Of a DNA stretch of 64,000 nucleotides, positions 10,065 to 19,173 are shown piece by piece (within the stretch, counting starts at the first letter, position 1; every line of letters begins with the position of its first letter). The stretch spans positions 13,669 through 77,668 of the forward strand of contig CBDUBS010000001.1 in assembly GCA_965365445.1 (NCBI GenBank), read 5' to 3'. The notes under the pieces were generated by a model that did no database searches, was not told the DNA's origin, and worked only from the letters and a program-made list of their open reading frames with translations. Source of the stretch: an uncultured bacterium (GTDB lineage Bacteria > Bacteroidota > Rhodothermia > Rhodothermales > DASSAV01). Made by a program: the position numbers and the translations under genes.

Positions 10065-10796
10065 ATGCAACCTTCCCGTATGCCAAAAAAGGCTTCGTCG
10101 GTGGACTACGTTACCCGAGTCATGCTCTCGCTTGCGGGCAGCATCCTCATCGTGGTGATTGCGGTCAACCTGCCTTTGTTCCGCTTGCCTGCGGCCATCG
10201 GGTGGCAAGTCGTCCGCCCGGAAGACCAGTTGACGCTGGAACAACTGGGCCTTGGCATACTGTCCAGAGCCGCGCCGCCTTCCGCTATAGAAATCGTAGA
10301 TGATAAAGCAGCCCCCTCCCTGGAAGGAGAGAACCCGATCGACGCGGAACCTGCCGAATTCCAACTGGAAGCTCAGGTGTTGTCGGACGAATCCGAAAAG
10401 AGCGAGTTACGCAAACTGGAAGGGCGCCAGGCAATCATGGATTTCACGGAGGACATGCCCGAAATCGTCGGCGGGCTGGGCGCCTATTACATTCACATCA
10501 CGTACCCGGACGAAGCGGCTCGTTCCGGCATCGAGGGGCGTCTCGTGCTCGAGTTTGTCGTTGAGCCGGACGGTTGGCCGTCCTCCATTATCGTGGCCCG
10601 ATCCCTGCACCCGCTGTGCGATTCAGCGGCTGTCGAAGCGCTTCGTCGGACCCGGTTCGTACCTGGTCGCCATAACGGCGATTATGTGCGGGTCCGGATG
10701 CGCCTGCCGGTCCGCTTCCAACTGATCGACCGTTCACCTACAAACACGCCTCGGACCACCACGAAACCTGCTCCCGAAGCGGAAACCACTTCCTGA
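10065..10796 (+). CDS. TonB-family energy transducer
   Basis: N-terminal anchor VMLSLAGSILIVVIAVNL and a C-terminal TonB_C pattern (YPDEAARSGIEGRLVLEFVVEPDG...VRMRLPVRFQL). Start was moved to the ATG at 10065. The first 98 codons of track ORF 9771 look non-coding. Confidence 0.75.
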   Translation: MQPSRMPKKASSVDYVTRVMLSLAGSILIVVIAVNLPLFRLPAAIGWQVVRPEDQLTLEQLGLGILSRAAPPSAIEIVDDKAAPSLEGENPIDAEPAEFQLEAQVLSDESEKSELRKLEGRQAIMDFTEDMPEIVGGLGAYYIHITYPDEAARSGIEGRLVLEFVVEPDGWPSSIIVARSLHPLCDSAAVEALRRTRFVPGRHNGDYVRVRMRLPVRFQLIDRSPTNTPRTTTKPAPEAETTS

Positions 10797-10818
10797 CCCC
10801 GTAACGAGCCGACGGAAT

Positions 10819-11376
10819 TCAAAGCGGCAACAGGCCCTTGCGGTTCGCCCAGAGCAAGGCGAGCAAGTGCGTGCCGTGTACCAGGTTCCCCCCTGCAACC
10901 TGCTCGAACACATGCCGGGGCGGGTATTTTCTTATCCGGATATGCTCACCGTGGTCGGTGGCCGGGTCATGCGTTTTGCCGGCATTTCTGGCAAGGTAAA
11001 TGTAGGCCCAGTGCGTGTGCTTGCTCGGCTCCGGCGCGCAGCGCCCTATGAAAACCCAATCGTCCGAACTGTAGCCGGTTTCCTCTCGCAACTCCCGCAT
11101 CCCTGCCTGAAGGGGGTCCTCTCTCTCGTCGATGGCGCCGGCAGGAAACTCCAGACCGATCTGCTCGATTCCATGTCGGTATTGTTCGACCATCACCAGT
11201 TCATTCGCTTCGTCCAGGCAAACCACGCAAACCCAGTCCGGATACTCGATGACGTGGAACTCCGGCAATTCGGCTCCATCGGGCAGTCTAACGTGGTCCA
11301 CCCGCAGCGTCATCCACCAGCGTTTGAGCAAATAGCGCCGCCCGAGTACCTTCCATCCTTCCATCACGTCATGCAT
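10819..11376 (-). CDS. NUDIX hydrolase (ADP-ribose pyrophosphatase-like)
   Basis: Nudix box GAIDEREDPLQAGMRELREETGY. Confidence 0.8.
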   Translation of the reverse strand: MHDVMEGWKVLGRRYLLKRWWMTLRVDHVRLPDGAELPEFHVIEYPDWVCVVCLDEANELVMVEQYRHGIEQIGLEFPAGAIDEREDPLQAGMRELREETGYSSDDWVFIGRCAPEPSKHTHWAYIYLARNAGKTHDPATDHGEHIRIRKYPPRHVFEQVAGGNLVHGTHLLALLWANRKGLLPL

Positions 11377-11399
11377 ACACGCTTCGCTGTCCGACGTTA

Positions 11400-11816
11400 C
11401 TATTCATTGGCCTGCTTTTCGTCCTCTGGATCGAAACGCAGCGAAGCCGAGTTTACGCAATATCGCAATCCGGTCGGCCTGGGGCCGTCGTTGAATACAT
11501 GCCCGAGATGCGCTTCACACACGGCGCACAGGATTTCGGTGCGGCGCATCCCGAACGTCCCGTCTTCCTCCGTTGCAATGTGGCTTTCATCCACCGGTGC
11601 GTAGAAACTGGGCCACCCGCTTCTGGAATCGTACTTGGTTTCGGACGAAAAAAGGGGGGTTCCACAACAGACGCATCGGTACACGCCCTCGTCTTTCGTA
11701 TCCCAGTAGCGTCCGGAAAACGGCGGTTCGGTGCCTTTCTGCCGGGTTACGCGATACTCCTCGGGTGAAAGTTGATCCTTCCACTCCCTTTCGGTTTTTT
11801 TCTGCTTTCCAGTCAT
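11400..11816 (-). CDS. msrB: Peptide-methionine (R)-S-oxide reductase
   Basis: Zinc CxxC pairs ([21 protein letters not shown]) and the catalytic RYCVNS. Start was taken at MTGKQKK (track ORF begins 11960). Confidence 0.9.
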   Translation of the reverse strand: MTGKQKKTEREWKDQLSPEEYRVTRQKGTEPPFSGRYWDTKDEGVYRCVCCGTPLFSSETKYDSRSGWPSFYAPVDESHIATEEDGTFGMRRTEILCAVCEAHLGHVFNDGPRPTGLRYCVNSASLRFDPEDEKQANE

Positions 11817-11973
11817 GGCTGTACCATTTGCTTCATGTCCCGTTCGGAATGTTTCGACACGCCGTTTGATCCGGAAGGCGCCAGAAAAAACGGTCCCTTC
11901 AACTTTCACGGGTTGCTCGCACGGAGCATCATTATCTTCCCTCTGATTCCCCGGCGCCAACTAACTCGTTTTC

Positions 11974-14229
11974 ATGCGTTCGATTCCTGAAATCCTGGCC
12001 GAAGAACTTTCCGTGGCGGCCTGGCAGGTTGTCCGGGCGCTGGCCCTTTTCGATGCAGGCGGTACGGTGCCGTTCGTAGCCCGGTACCGCAAGGAGCAAA
12101 CCGGCGGATTGGACGAAATCCATCTTCGAAAGATCGAAGAACGGCGCCGGTATCTGACCGAGATCGCGGACCGCCGCGTCGTCATTCTTACCTCGATCGA
12201 GGAACAGGGTCGCCTTACGGAGGATTTGCGGCGGGCCATAGCGTCCTGCATGTCGAAAACGGAACTAGAGGATCTTTACCTGCCGTTCAGGCCCAGGCGC
12301 AAGACGCGGGCTTCCGCGGCTCGGGAAAAAGGCCTGGCCCCCCTGGCCGCCTGGATAATGCAGCAAAACACGCCGGAAGCATCCGCAACACTGGATCTTG
12401 ACGGAAAAGCAAGCAAATACGTCGCACGGGACGGCACGGTTGCATCGGCAGAGGAGGCTATGAGTGGAGCATCGGATATCCTGGCTGAAGAAATCGCGGA
12501 AACGGCCTCGTACAGATCATGGTTGCGGGAGTACATCCACGAGTCGGGCCATTTCAAATCGAGTATCAAGGCGGAATACCCGGAAGGCAGTACGCAGTTC
12601 GAGATGTACCGGGATTTCAGCATACCCATCCGGACGATCCCGGCCCATACGATGCTGGCCCTTCGTCGGGGAGAGGCGGAGGGCATATTGAACGTAAGCC
12701 TGGTTTTCGATGAATCGATCGGGCTGGAATATCTGGCCCGGCAGGTCGTCCGGTCCGGCTCGACTGCGGTAGTCGAATCGCTTCATTCGACCATCGCCGA
12801 TGCGTTCCGGCGATTGATGAAGCACAGCCTGATTGGTGAAGTCAGGCTCCGGAAAAAGGAGGAAGCCGACGAAGCCTCCACGAGTGCCTTTGCCGCCAAT
12901 CTTAGGGAGCTACTACTATCCAGTCCGGCCGGAATGCGGCCATCGCTCGGCATCGATCCGGGGCTGAGAACGGGTTGCAAGATGGCGGCCCTCGACCAGA
13001 CAGGCCGCTTTCTGGCGCACCGGACGATCTTTCCGCACTCGGGCGAACGGCAACGAAGGGAGGCGGAACGGGATCTGCTGGATATGGTTTCGAGGTACGG
13101 CATCGAGTTGATTGCGGTAGGCAACGGGACGGCCGGCCGCGAAACGCTCGCGTTCGCCCGCGAGGTTCTGAAAGATGTACACCCTGACGTTACACTGGTA
13201 AGTGTAAACGAATCCGGAGCCTCCGTCTATTCCGCCGGTCCGGTTGCCATCGATGAATTTCCGAACCTCGACGTGACCATTCGGGGAGCCATAAGCATCG
13301 GGCGGCGCCTTCAGGATCCACTCGCCGAACTCGTAAAAATTGATCCGAAAGCGATTGGCGTAGGTCAGTATCAGCACGATATAGACCAGACCCTATTGCA
13401 GCGCAAGCTGGAAGAAACGGTCGAGAGCTGCGTCAACTTCGTCGGTGTCGACGTGAATACGGCCTCCAGGGAGCTGCTCCGGTATGTGGCGGGGATAACC
13501 CCTACCGTTGCGGGCAACATCGTGGCGTATCGAAATCAACGCGGTCCTTTCAGCGCACGAGAGGATTTGCTGGCGGTGCCCCGGCTCGGTGCCAGAGCAT
13601 TCGAGCAGGCAGCCGGGTTCCTGCGGATCCGCAACGGAAAAAACCCGCTTGATAACACGGCCGTTCATCCGGAGCGTTATTCAGTCGTAGAGCGTATCGC
13701 CGGCGATCTTGGCGTACCCATACCGGAACTCACCACGTCTCCACAGCTACTCGACCACATACAGGTATCCCGGTACGTAAGCGCGTCGATAGGCCTACCT
13801 ACCCTGAAGGATATCCTCACCGAACTGCGAAAACCGGGCCGCGATCCTCGCGCCGAATTCAAATCGGCACGGTTCCGGGAGGACGTGCAGCATATCGGCG
13901 ATCTCAAGACGGGCATGGTGCTGGAAGGGACCGTAACCAACGTAGCCGACTTCGGGGCGTTCGTGGATATCGGAGTGCACCGGGACGGCCTCGTCCACAT
14001 TTCGCAACTGGCCGATACGTTTGTAAAAGACCCCCGTAGTGTTGTAAAGGTGGGCCAGGTGGTAATCGTTCGGGTCGTTGACGTGGATGCCGGACTGAAC
14101 CGCATCAGTCTTTCGATGCGGCAGGAGAACACGGGCAACCCTCCGCCGGAGGTGCGCAAAAAACGAGAATCAAACGTCAATCGGTACTCCGTGGACGACC
14201 TGATAAACAAGTTCGGCAAACACACATGA
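11974..14229 (+). CDS. tex: Tex transcription accessory protein (YqgF/HhH/S1 domains)
   Basis: 751 aa. N-terminus ...FDAGGTVPFVARYRKEQTGGLDE and C-terminal S1 domain GMVLEGTVTNVADFGAFVDIGVHRDGLVHISQL. Confidence 0.9.
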   Translation: MRSIPEILAEELSVAAWQVVRALALFDAGGTVPFVARYRKEQTGGLDEIHLRKIEERRRYLTEIADRRVVILTSIEEQGRLTEDLRRAIASCMSKTELEDLYLPFRPRRKTRASAAREKGLAPLAAWIMQQNTPEASATLDLDGKASKYVARDGTVASAEEAMSGASDILAEEIAETASYRSWLREYIHESGHFKSSIKAEYPEGSTQFEMYRDFSIPIRTIPAHTMLALRRGEAEGILNVSLVFDESIGLEYLARQVVRSGSTAVVESLHSTIADAFRRLMKHSLIGEVRLRKKEEADEASTSAFAANLRELLLSSPAGMRPSLGIDPGLRTGCKMAALDQTGRFLAHRTIFPHSGERQRREAERDLLDMVSRYGIELIAVGNGTAGRETLAFAREVLKDVHPDVTLVSVNESGASVYSAGPVAIDEFPNLDVTIRGAISIGRRLQDPLAELVKIDPKAIGVGQYQHDIDQTLLQRKLEETVESCVNFVGVDVNTASRELLRYVAGITPTVAGNIVAYRNQRGPFSAREDLLAVPRLGARAFEQAAGFLRIRNGKNPLDNTAVHPERYSVVERIAGDLGVPIPELTTSPQLLDHIQVSRYVSASIGLPTLKDILTELRKPGRDPRAEFKSARFREDVQHIGDLKTGMVLEGTVTNVADFGAFVDIGVHRDGLVHISQLADTFVKDPRSVVKVGQVVIVRVVDVDAGLNRISLSMRQENTGNPPPEVRKKRESNVNRYSVDDLINKFGKHT

Positions 14230-14233
14230 TTCC

Positions 14234-15067
14234 ATGAAATCGGATTTTATCGAAAAGCTCGTATCGATCCAGAAAAACAAGCAGTCGATTCTGTGCATCG
14301 GTCTGGACCCGGATCTGGACCGCCTACCCGCACGGTGCCTCCGCGGCCATACTCCCGTTGCCGCCATCCGTAAATTCAATCAGGCCATCATCGAGGCTAC
14401 CGCTCCCCAGACGTGTGCTTACAAAATAAATTTCGCTTTTTACGAGGTATTCGGAGCCGACGGCTGGAATCTGTTGAAGGAAACCGTTGACCTCATCCCT
14501 ACCGATACCCTTATCGTTGCCGACGGGAAACGAGGGGACATCGGCAATTCCGCCCGTTTCTACGCTGAATCCGTGTTTCGTACGCTGGGTTTCGATGCGT
14601 GCACCGTGTCGCCCTATATGGGCGCCGATTCCGTTGCACCGTTTCTGAACTACCCGGGCGCCTGCACGTTCATCCTGTGCCGTACGTCCAACCCGGGCGG
14701 TTCGGACTTTCAGGAGCTGGAAACAGAAGGCGTCCCCCTGTTTGAACGTGTGGCGGAAGCCGCCGCCGTCTGGTCCAGGGGGAAACCGGGGACGGCAGGG
14801 CTTGTCGTGGGCGCTACCAGCGCCGGTGCGCTTACCCGCCTCCATGCCCTGTCTCCTACGCTTCCGTTACTCATACCCGGCGTGGGAGCGCAGGGCGGCG
14901 AGATCGAAACCGTCCGTTTACTCGGGGCGACGCACGAGGGGGGCGTCCTCGTGAACAGCAGTCGGCAAATCCTCTATGCCTCCAACCACGATGACTTTGC
15001 CGATGCCGCCTGCATCGAGGCCGAAAAACTGCGCCGGATGCTTCAACCCGATATCGGACGGCTGTAG
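14234..15067 (+). CDS. pyrF: Orotidine 5'-phosphate decarboxylase (type 2)
   Basis: LCIGLDPDLDRLP and VADGKRGDIGNS motifs. Length of 277 aa is typical of long-form PyrF. Confidence 0.85.
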   Translation: MKSDFIEKLVSIQKNKQSILCIGLDPDLDRLPARCLRGHTPVAAIRKFNQAIIEATAPQTCAYKINFAFYEVFGADGWNLLKETVDLIPTDTLIVADGKRGDIGNSARFYAESVFRTLGFDACTVSPYMGADSVAPFLNYPGACTFILCRTSNPGGSDFQELETEGVPLFERVAEAAAVWSRGKPGTAGLVVGATSAGALTRLHALSPTLPLLIPGVGAQGGEIETVRLLGATHEGGVLVNSSRQILYASNHDDFADAACIEAEKLRRMLQPDIGRL

Positions 15068-15114
15068 AACCGCAAAATCCTGTTCGCTTCTCTCCTGAAC
15101 CGTACAAGGGCGGC

Positions 15115-16581
15115 GTGATGGAAACCAGTGAGGAAGTACACGGAGCATACCGTAACGAAACATCCGTACTCTACGGAGCGGGTGAAACCGTGTTCAACCT
15201 GGCTTTCCATGAACCGGCCCCTTATGCCGGCATTCCTGAGGCGCTTATCCAGGACATCTGGCTTTCCCAGCGATTCGCAAAGGTAAATCTGACCACCACA
15301 ACCGGGGAGGCCGTTCGCGTCATACGGCCCGGTAAACTGAACCGGGATAGCGGTCCCGATTTTTCGGAGGCCAGGTTACGTATCGGACACGTGGACTGGG
15401 CCGGCGACGTCGAAATACACCTGACATCGAGTGGTTGGTCGGAACATCGCCACGCCCAGGACGCTCGCTACGACCGGGTCATTCTCCACGTGGCGCTGGA
15501 TCGTGATAGTCACACGGACCGGCTCTACAGATCCGACGGAACCCGTCTGCCTGAATTGATATTACGCCCCTACCTGGATGACACACTGCGCAGCCTGCTC
15601 TATGATTTTCGTACGCGCCGGCATGATGCCTTTCCATGCGCTTCGCAATGGTCCTCCGTTCCGATCGGTCTCAGGCTGGCATGGCTGCGCCGGATGGCGC
15701 TCGAGCGTATGGAGATGAAGCGCGACGTGCTTGCGCACCGTTCGTACGCGCTCAAAAGCATGGACCAGGCCCTGTACGAGCAACTTCTTGCGGGATTGGG
15801 ATATGCGAAAAACGTCCGGCCCATGCTTGACCTGGCTTCTCGCGTTCCTCTTTCCATTCTCCGAACGATGAAGGGACCTGCCGAGGTTGAAGCACTTTTG
15901 TTCGGCGTTTCAGGGCTCCTGCCCGAAGCACCGGAAGGCAACGTGCATATTGGGGCGTCGGAGCGGTATGCCGGAATACTTCGCGCTGATTTCAAGCGCC
16001 TGAATGAGCAGCTACAAATACGGCCCATGAGCCGACATCAATGGACGTTCTTTCGCCTTCGACCCGCCAACTTTCCAACACTGCGTATTGCGCAGGCAGC
16101 GGCACTGGTTACATCATCACCCCTCGGGTTGCTTGAAAACGGGGCCGAGGACGCTTTGCTGAGTTGTCTTTCATCGGGGGCTGTATTGCAGGAGTTGAGG
16201 AAAGTGCTTTACGCATCGCCATCCCCTTTCTGGAAGGGGCGCGTATCGTTCAGTGATACGGCTTCATCAGTCGTTACCCGCATGGGGCGGCAACGAATCG
16301 ATGCGCTGATCATAAACGTTCTTGCACCCGCCTTACTCCTGATGGCCGACCGTTCGGAGGATCTGGACATGGAAGCGGCCGTACTGAACCTGTTGGATCG
16401 CCTGCCCCCTGAAAAGGACGAAGTAACCCGGCTGTATCTGGAGGACGCCTTGAAACCTGCCTGCGCCGTAACGACACAGGGCATCCATCAACTGCATCGC
16501 AGCCGATGCACCGCCTTCAGGTGCCTGAGCTGCGCGGTTGGAAACCATTTGCTTGACAGGACAGGGAGGATAGTATCTTGA
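15115..16581 (+). CDS. DUF2851-family protein
   Basis: 488 aa. LIQDIWLSQRF...VIRPGKLNRDSGPDFSEARLRIG...GDVEIHLTSSGWSEHRH matches my recollection of DUF2851. The first codon is GTG, with an ATG at 15118. Confidence 0.6.
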   Translation: MMETSEEVHGAYRNETSVLYGAGETVFNLAFHEPAPYAGIPEALIQDIWLSQRFAKVNLTTTTGEAVRVIRPGKLNRDSGPDFSEARLRIGHVDWAGDVEIHLTSSGWSEHRHAQDARYDRVILHVALDRDSHTDRLYRSDGTRLPELILRPYLDDTLRSLLYDFRTRRHDAFPCASQWSSVPIGLRLAWLRRMALERMEMKRDVLAHRSYALKSMDQALYEQLLAGLGYAKNVRPMLDLASRVPLSILRTMKGPAEVEALLFGVSGLLPEAPEGNVHIGASERYAGILRADFKRLNEQLQIRPMSRHQWTFFRLRPANFPTLRIAQAAALVTSSPLGLLENGAEDALLSCLSSGAVLQELRKVLYASPSPFWKGRVSFSDTASSVVTRMGRQRIDALIINVLAPALLLMADRSEDLDMEAAVLNLLDRLPPEKDEVTRLYLEDALKPACAVTTQGIHQLHRSRCTAFRCLSCAVGNHLLDRTGRIVS

Positions 16582-16708
16582 AGTGGTCTCCGGCATGGCT
16601 TGATCGACCGGCAAAAGGCCAAATCCGTCGCCTTTGTTAACTATCTGCGAAAGCGGCCGATTAAGTAAGAAGGTCGCGAGCTTTCGCAGTCCGATTCGTT
16701 GGAAATAA

Positions 16709-17749
16709 ATGGAGCGTCGTGGGAGCCAGATCCATGTCTCTCCTGCCGGGATATACGCCCTGCTAAACGCTTTCCCGGCTGTATCCGGGAAATCAGTAAA
16801 GCCCTTCACGGGTCGTTTTGCCGGGGCCTTCATTCAGTACAGAATCAGAAAAACTCGGATGGTCGGATTTGTACCTGCAACCCGATTTGAAGGGGCCCCC
16901 AATCTGGAACTGCGGTTTCCGCCGCTTTCCAGAACCGTCCGCGTTGTGTTCGATTTGCTCGAAGAGGACGACGAGGAACCAAATGTAGCTCGGTTGGCCG
17001 GTGTAGTGCAGGATGATCCGCTCGCCTCGCTAGCCGTGCTGCGCCGGATCAATTCGTCTTTTCCCGGACTGCACCGGCGCGTTACGAGCATCAAGAAAGC
17101 CGTCCATTTGCTCGGGTTTCTGGATGTATCGAACATCGTTTTAACCGAGGGTATGCTACGGCTCCGCGGGGTCGTAAAGTCGGAAGAGCAAGTGCGCGTG
17201 TTTGAAATGCTGGCCCAGATGAGTGTCGGAACGGCCTATCTTGCCCGGTATTTCGCGCGGGCATTCCATCTGTCGCATCCGGAAACGGCGTATTCCGCAG
17301 GCATCTTGCATGCCATCGGACGGTTCATCCTTCTGTACAACAAACCGAACGATTACGAGGCGTTGTGGTGGACAGACGAGCGCGGTCTGGCGCCCGGCAT
17401 CGCATCCGAACGAGCCATCTTCGGTATCGACCATATGAGTCTGGCCGAAGTGGCCTGTGATCACTGGCATCTTCCGGCGCCTGTCGTACGCATAGTGGGA
17501 AACTACCAGACGCCGCATACGATCGACGAACCTTCCATTTACCAGCTCTGCTTCTGCGTCAGGGCGGCTTCGGATACGGCCCAACAGTTATTTATCCGGC
17601 ACGCCGCGAACGATTTACCCTTCGATCCACCGGAAAGCCTGTTTCTGTTGTGCGAGAGAATGGCCGTGGCGCCGGACCCGCTCATCCGGCTCGTTAAAGA
17701 ACATCGCGTTGCTTTATCGCTTCGGCTTGCTGAAATTATCAGCGGATAA
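16709..17749 (+). CDS. HDOD-domain signalling protein
   Basis: HDOD pattern PPLSRTVRVVFDLLEEDD...LAGVVQDDPLASLAVLRRINSSF...KAVHLLGF...GILHAIGRFIL. True start may be the ATG at 16859 (MVGFV), because 16646-16792 contains strong hairpins. Confidence 0.7.
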   Translation: MERRGSQIHVSPAGIYALLNAFPAVSGKSVKPFTGRFAGAFIQYRIRKTRMVGFVPATRFEGAPNLELRFPPLSRTVRVVFDLLEEDDEEPNVARLAGVVQDDPLASLAVLRRINSSFPGLHRRVTSIKKAVHLLGFLDVSNIVLTEGMLRLRGVVKSEEQVRVFEMLAQMSVGTAYLARYFARAFHLSHPETAYSAGILHAIGRFILLYNKPNDYEALWWTDERGLAPGIASERAIFGIDHMSLAEVACDHWHLPAPVVRIVGNYQTPHTIDEPSIYQLCFCVRAASDTAQQLFIRHAANDLPFDPPESLFLLCERMAVAPDPLIRLVKEHRVALSLRLAEIISG

Positions 17750-17758
17750 CGGGCGAGG

Positions 17759-19066
17759 TTATCTGCTAACGGCGCCCCCTACCGTAATCAGGCGGTCGGT
17801 GTTAACCCGGAGGTCGGAGTAGTACACCATGGCCAGATAGAGTGCTTCCGAGCGTGGCGGTGTGCCGGCCAGGGCGTTTCGCAAGCGGCGGTCCGAAGAA
17901 ACGTATCGGTACTCATAAGCGCCTTGTTTGAGAAGGACTGAACCCTCGTAGCGGCCGTTCTCCGGCGCCCAGATCAGGCGATTGGCGGAGTCGTACTGCC
18001 ATCCGTTAAAACTGCCGGTAATGACGAGATCGCCGGTCAAGGGGGTTTCATCCGGCGGCACGAAGCTGAATAGCGCCTCCACGTATTCACCTCCGTGATC
18101 CGGGTCGGATACGGTCCGGACCGCTTCTTCTACTACCGTTTGTCCGTTCAGCACCGGGTCGATACCCGAAGCCGGAAATTGGGCATAATCCGGCTCCAGA
18201 AGAACGGTGAAGGGTTGACGGTCGAAGTTCGTTCGCTCTATCCGATCTCCCACGCGCAAATTCGTCAGGTCGAGGTAGTAATCTCCGGGCTCCGGCTGAA
18301 AGGCCGCTTCCGGTTGCAAGTAAAACTGTAAAGACGGCTGGCTGATGAGCGAGGGCCGGTCGGCGCAACGTGCATATTCGATACGGCCGCCTCGTACGAA
18401 GCATACATCGAAATCGTACACGTTGGCCGCTGTTTCATCAGGGGGTGTAAACCGAACGATAGGCGAAACGGAAGGGAAATTCTGCCCGCCGACCAGAAGA
18501 TTCTCGAGTCCCACCTCCAGCCCCGCGGACTGTTCAGACACGAAAAACGGCCTTTCGAACAAAACTTCGTTTTCTCTTCCCTGCTCGGTGATTCGGATGA
18601 TGTAGTTGCCGCTGATCCTGAAATCGATGGAGTTGTTGGGAAACGTGTAGGTGTAGTGCGTGTAGTTTATCGAGGTAGCATGAGACGGCCTGAAATCGAG
18701 CAAATCATCCCGCTGAAAAGCATCCAGGTATTCCGCCGGCGTGAGATCCCGCCGCCACCGCCTGTCGGCGTGGTAGAAGTATGCGGAGAGCGGCCTGCCG
18801 CTCCGTACGAGGAGATCGAACTCGATGGTGATGCGGCTGCCGGCATCTTGCATAGAATAGACGGGCAGGCTTGTTTCATCCCCTCCGGCGTATACCTGTA
18901 CGGTTTTTACTTCAGGGTGCTGTCGAGCCAGGTTGAGATCGACGCCCAGCCTGGATGGATCGACGGAACGGGTAACCTGTCGCCGACGCGGCGTATTATC
19001 CCCCTCCTCTCTGGCAGAAGCGCATCCCGAAACACCCAGGAATAGCGCTATCCCCAGGACTGTCAT
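17759..19066 (-). CDS. T9SS plug-like (DUF5103) lipoprotein
   Basis: Lipobox LFLGVSGC after MTVLGIA. VKTVQVY, IEFDLL, NYTHYTYTFPNN and SGNYIIRI match my recollection of the T9SS plug first domain, followed by a C-terminal CBM-like GSFNGWQ...YEYRYV. Long alternative start at 19177 overlaps the upstream gene stop (ATGA). Confidence 0.55.
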   Translation of the reverse strand: MTVLGIALFLGVSGCASAREEGDNTPRRRQVTRSVDPSRLGVDLNLARQHPEVKTVQVYAGGDETSLPVYSMQDAGSRITIEFDLLVRSGRPLSAYFYHADRRWRRDLTPAEYLDAFQRDDLLDFRPSHATSINYTHYTYTFPNNSIDFRISGNYIIRITEQGRENEVLFERPFFVSEQSAGLEVGLENLLVGGQNFPSVSPIVRFTPPDETAANVYDFDVCFVRGGRIEYARCADRPSLISQPSLQFYLQPEAAFQPEPGDYYLDLTNLRVGDRIERTNFDRQPFTVLLEPDYAQFPASGIDPVLNGQTVVEEAVRTVSDPDHGGEYVEALFSFVPPDETPLTGDLVITGSFNGWQYDSANRLIWAPENGRYEGSVLLKQGAYEYRYVSSDRRLRNALAGTPPRSEALYLAMVYYSDLRVNTDRLITVGGAVSR

Positions 19067-19173
19067 TATCGTTCGCACGGTTGTTAGCCCAGTCTGGTTT
19101 GGTTTTTTGGATGCGAAAAACCGTTGCTCATCCCAACGCTCCATCTGCCGGTCGCAAGCCCACGTACGCATCC

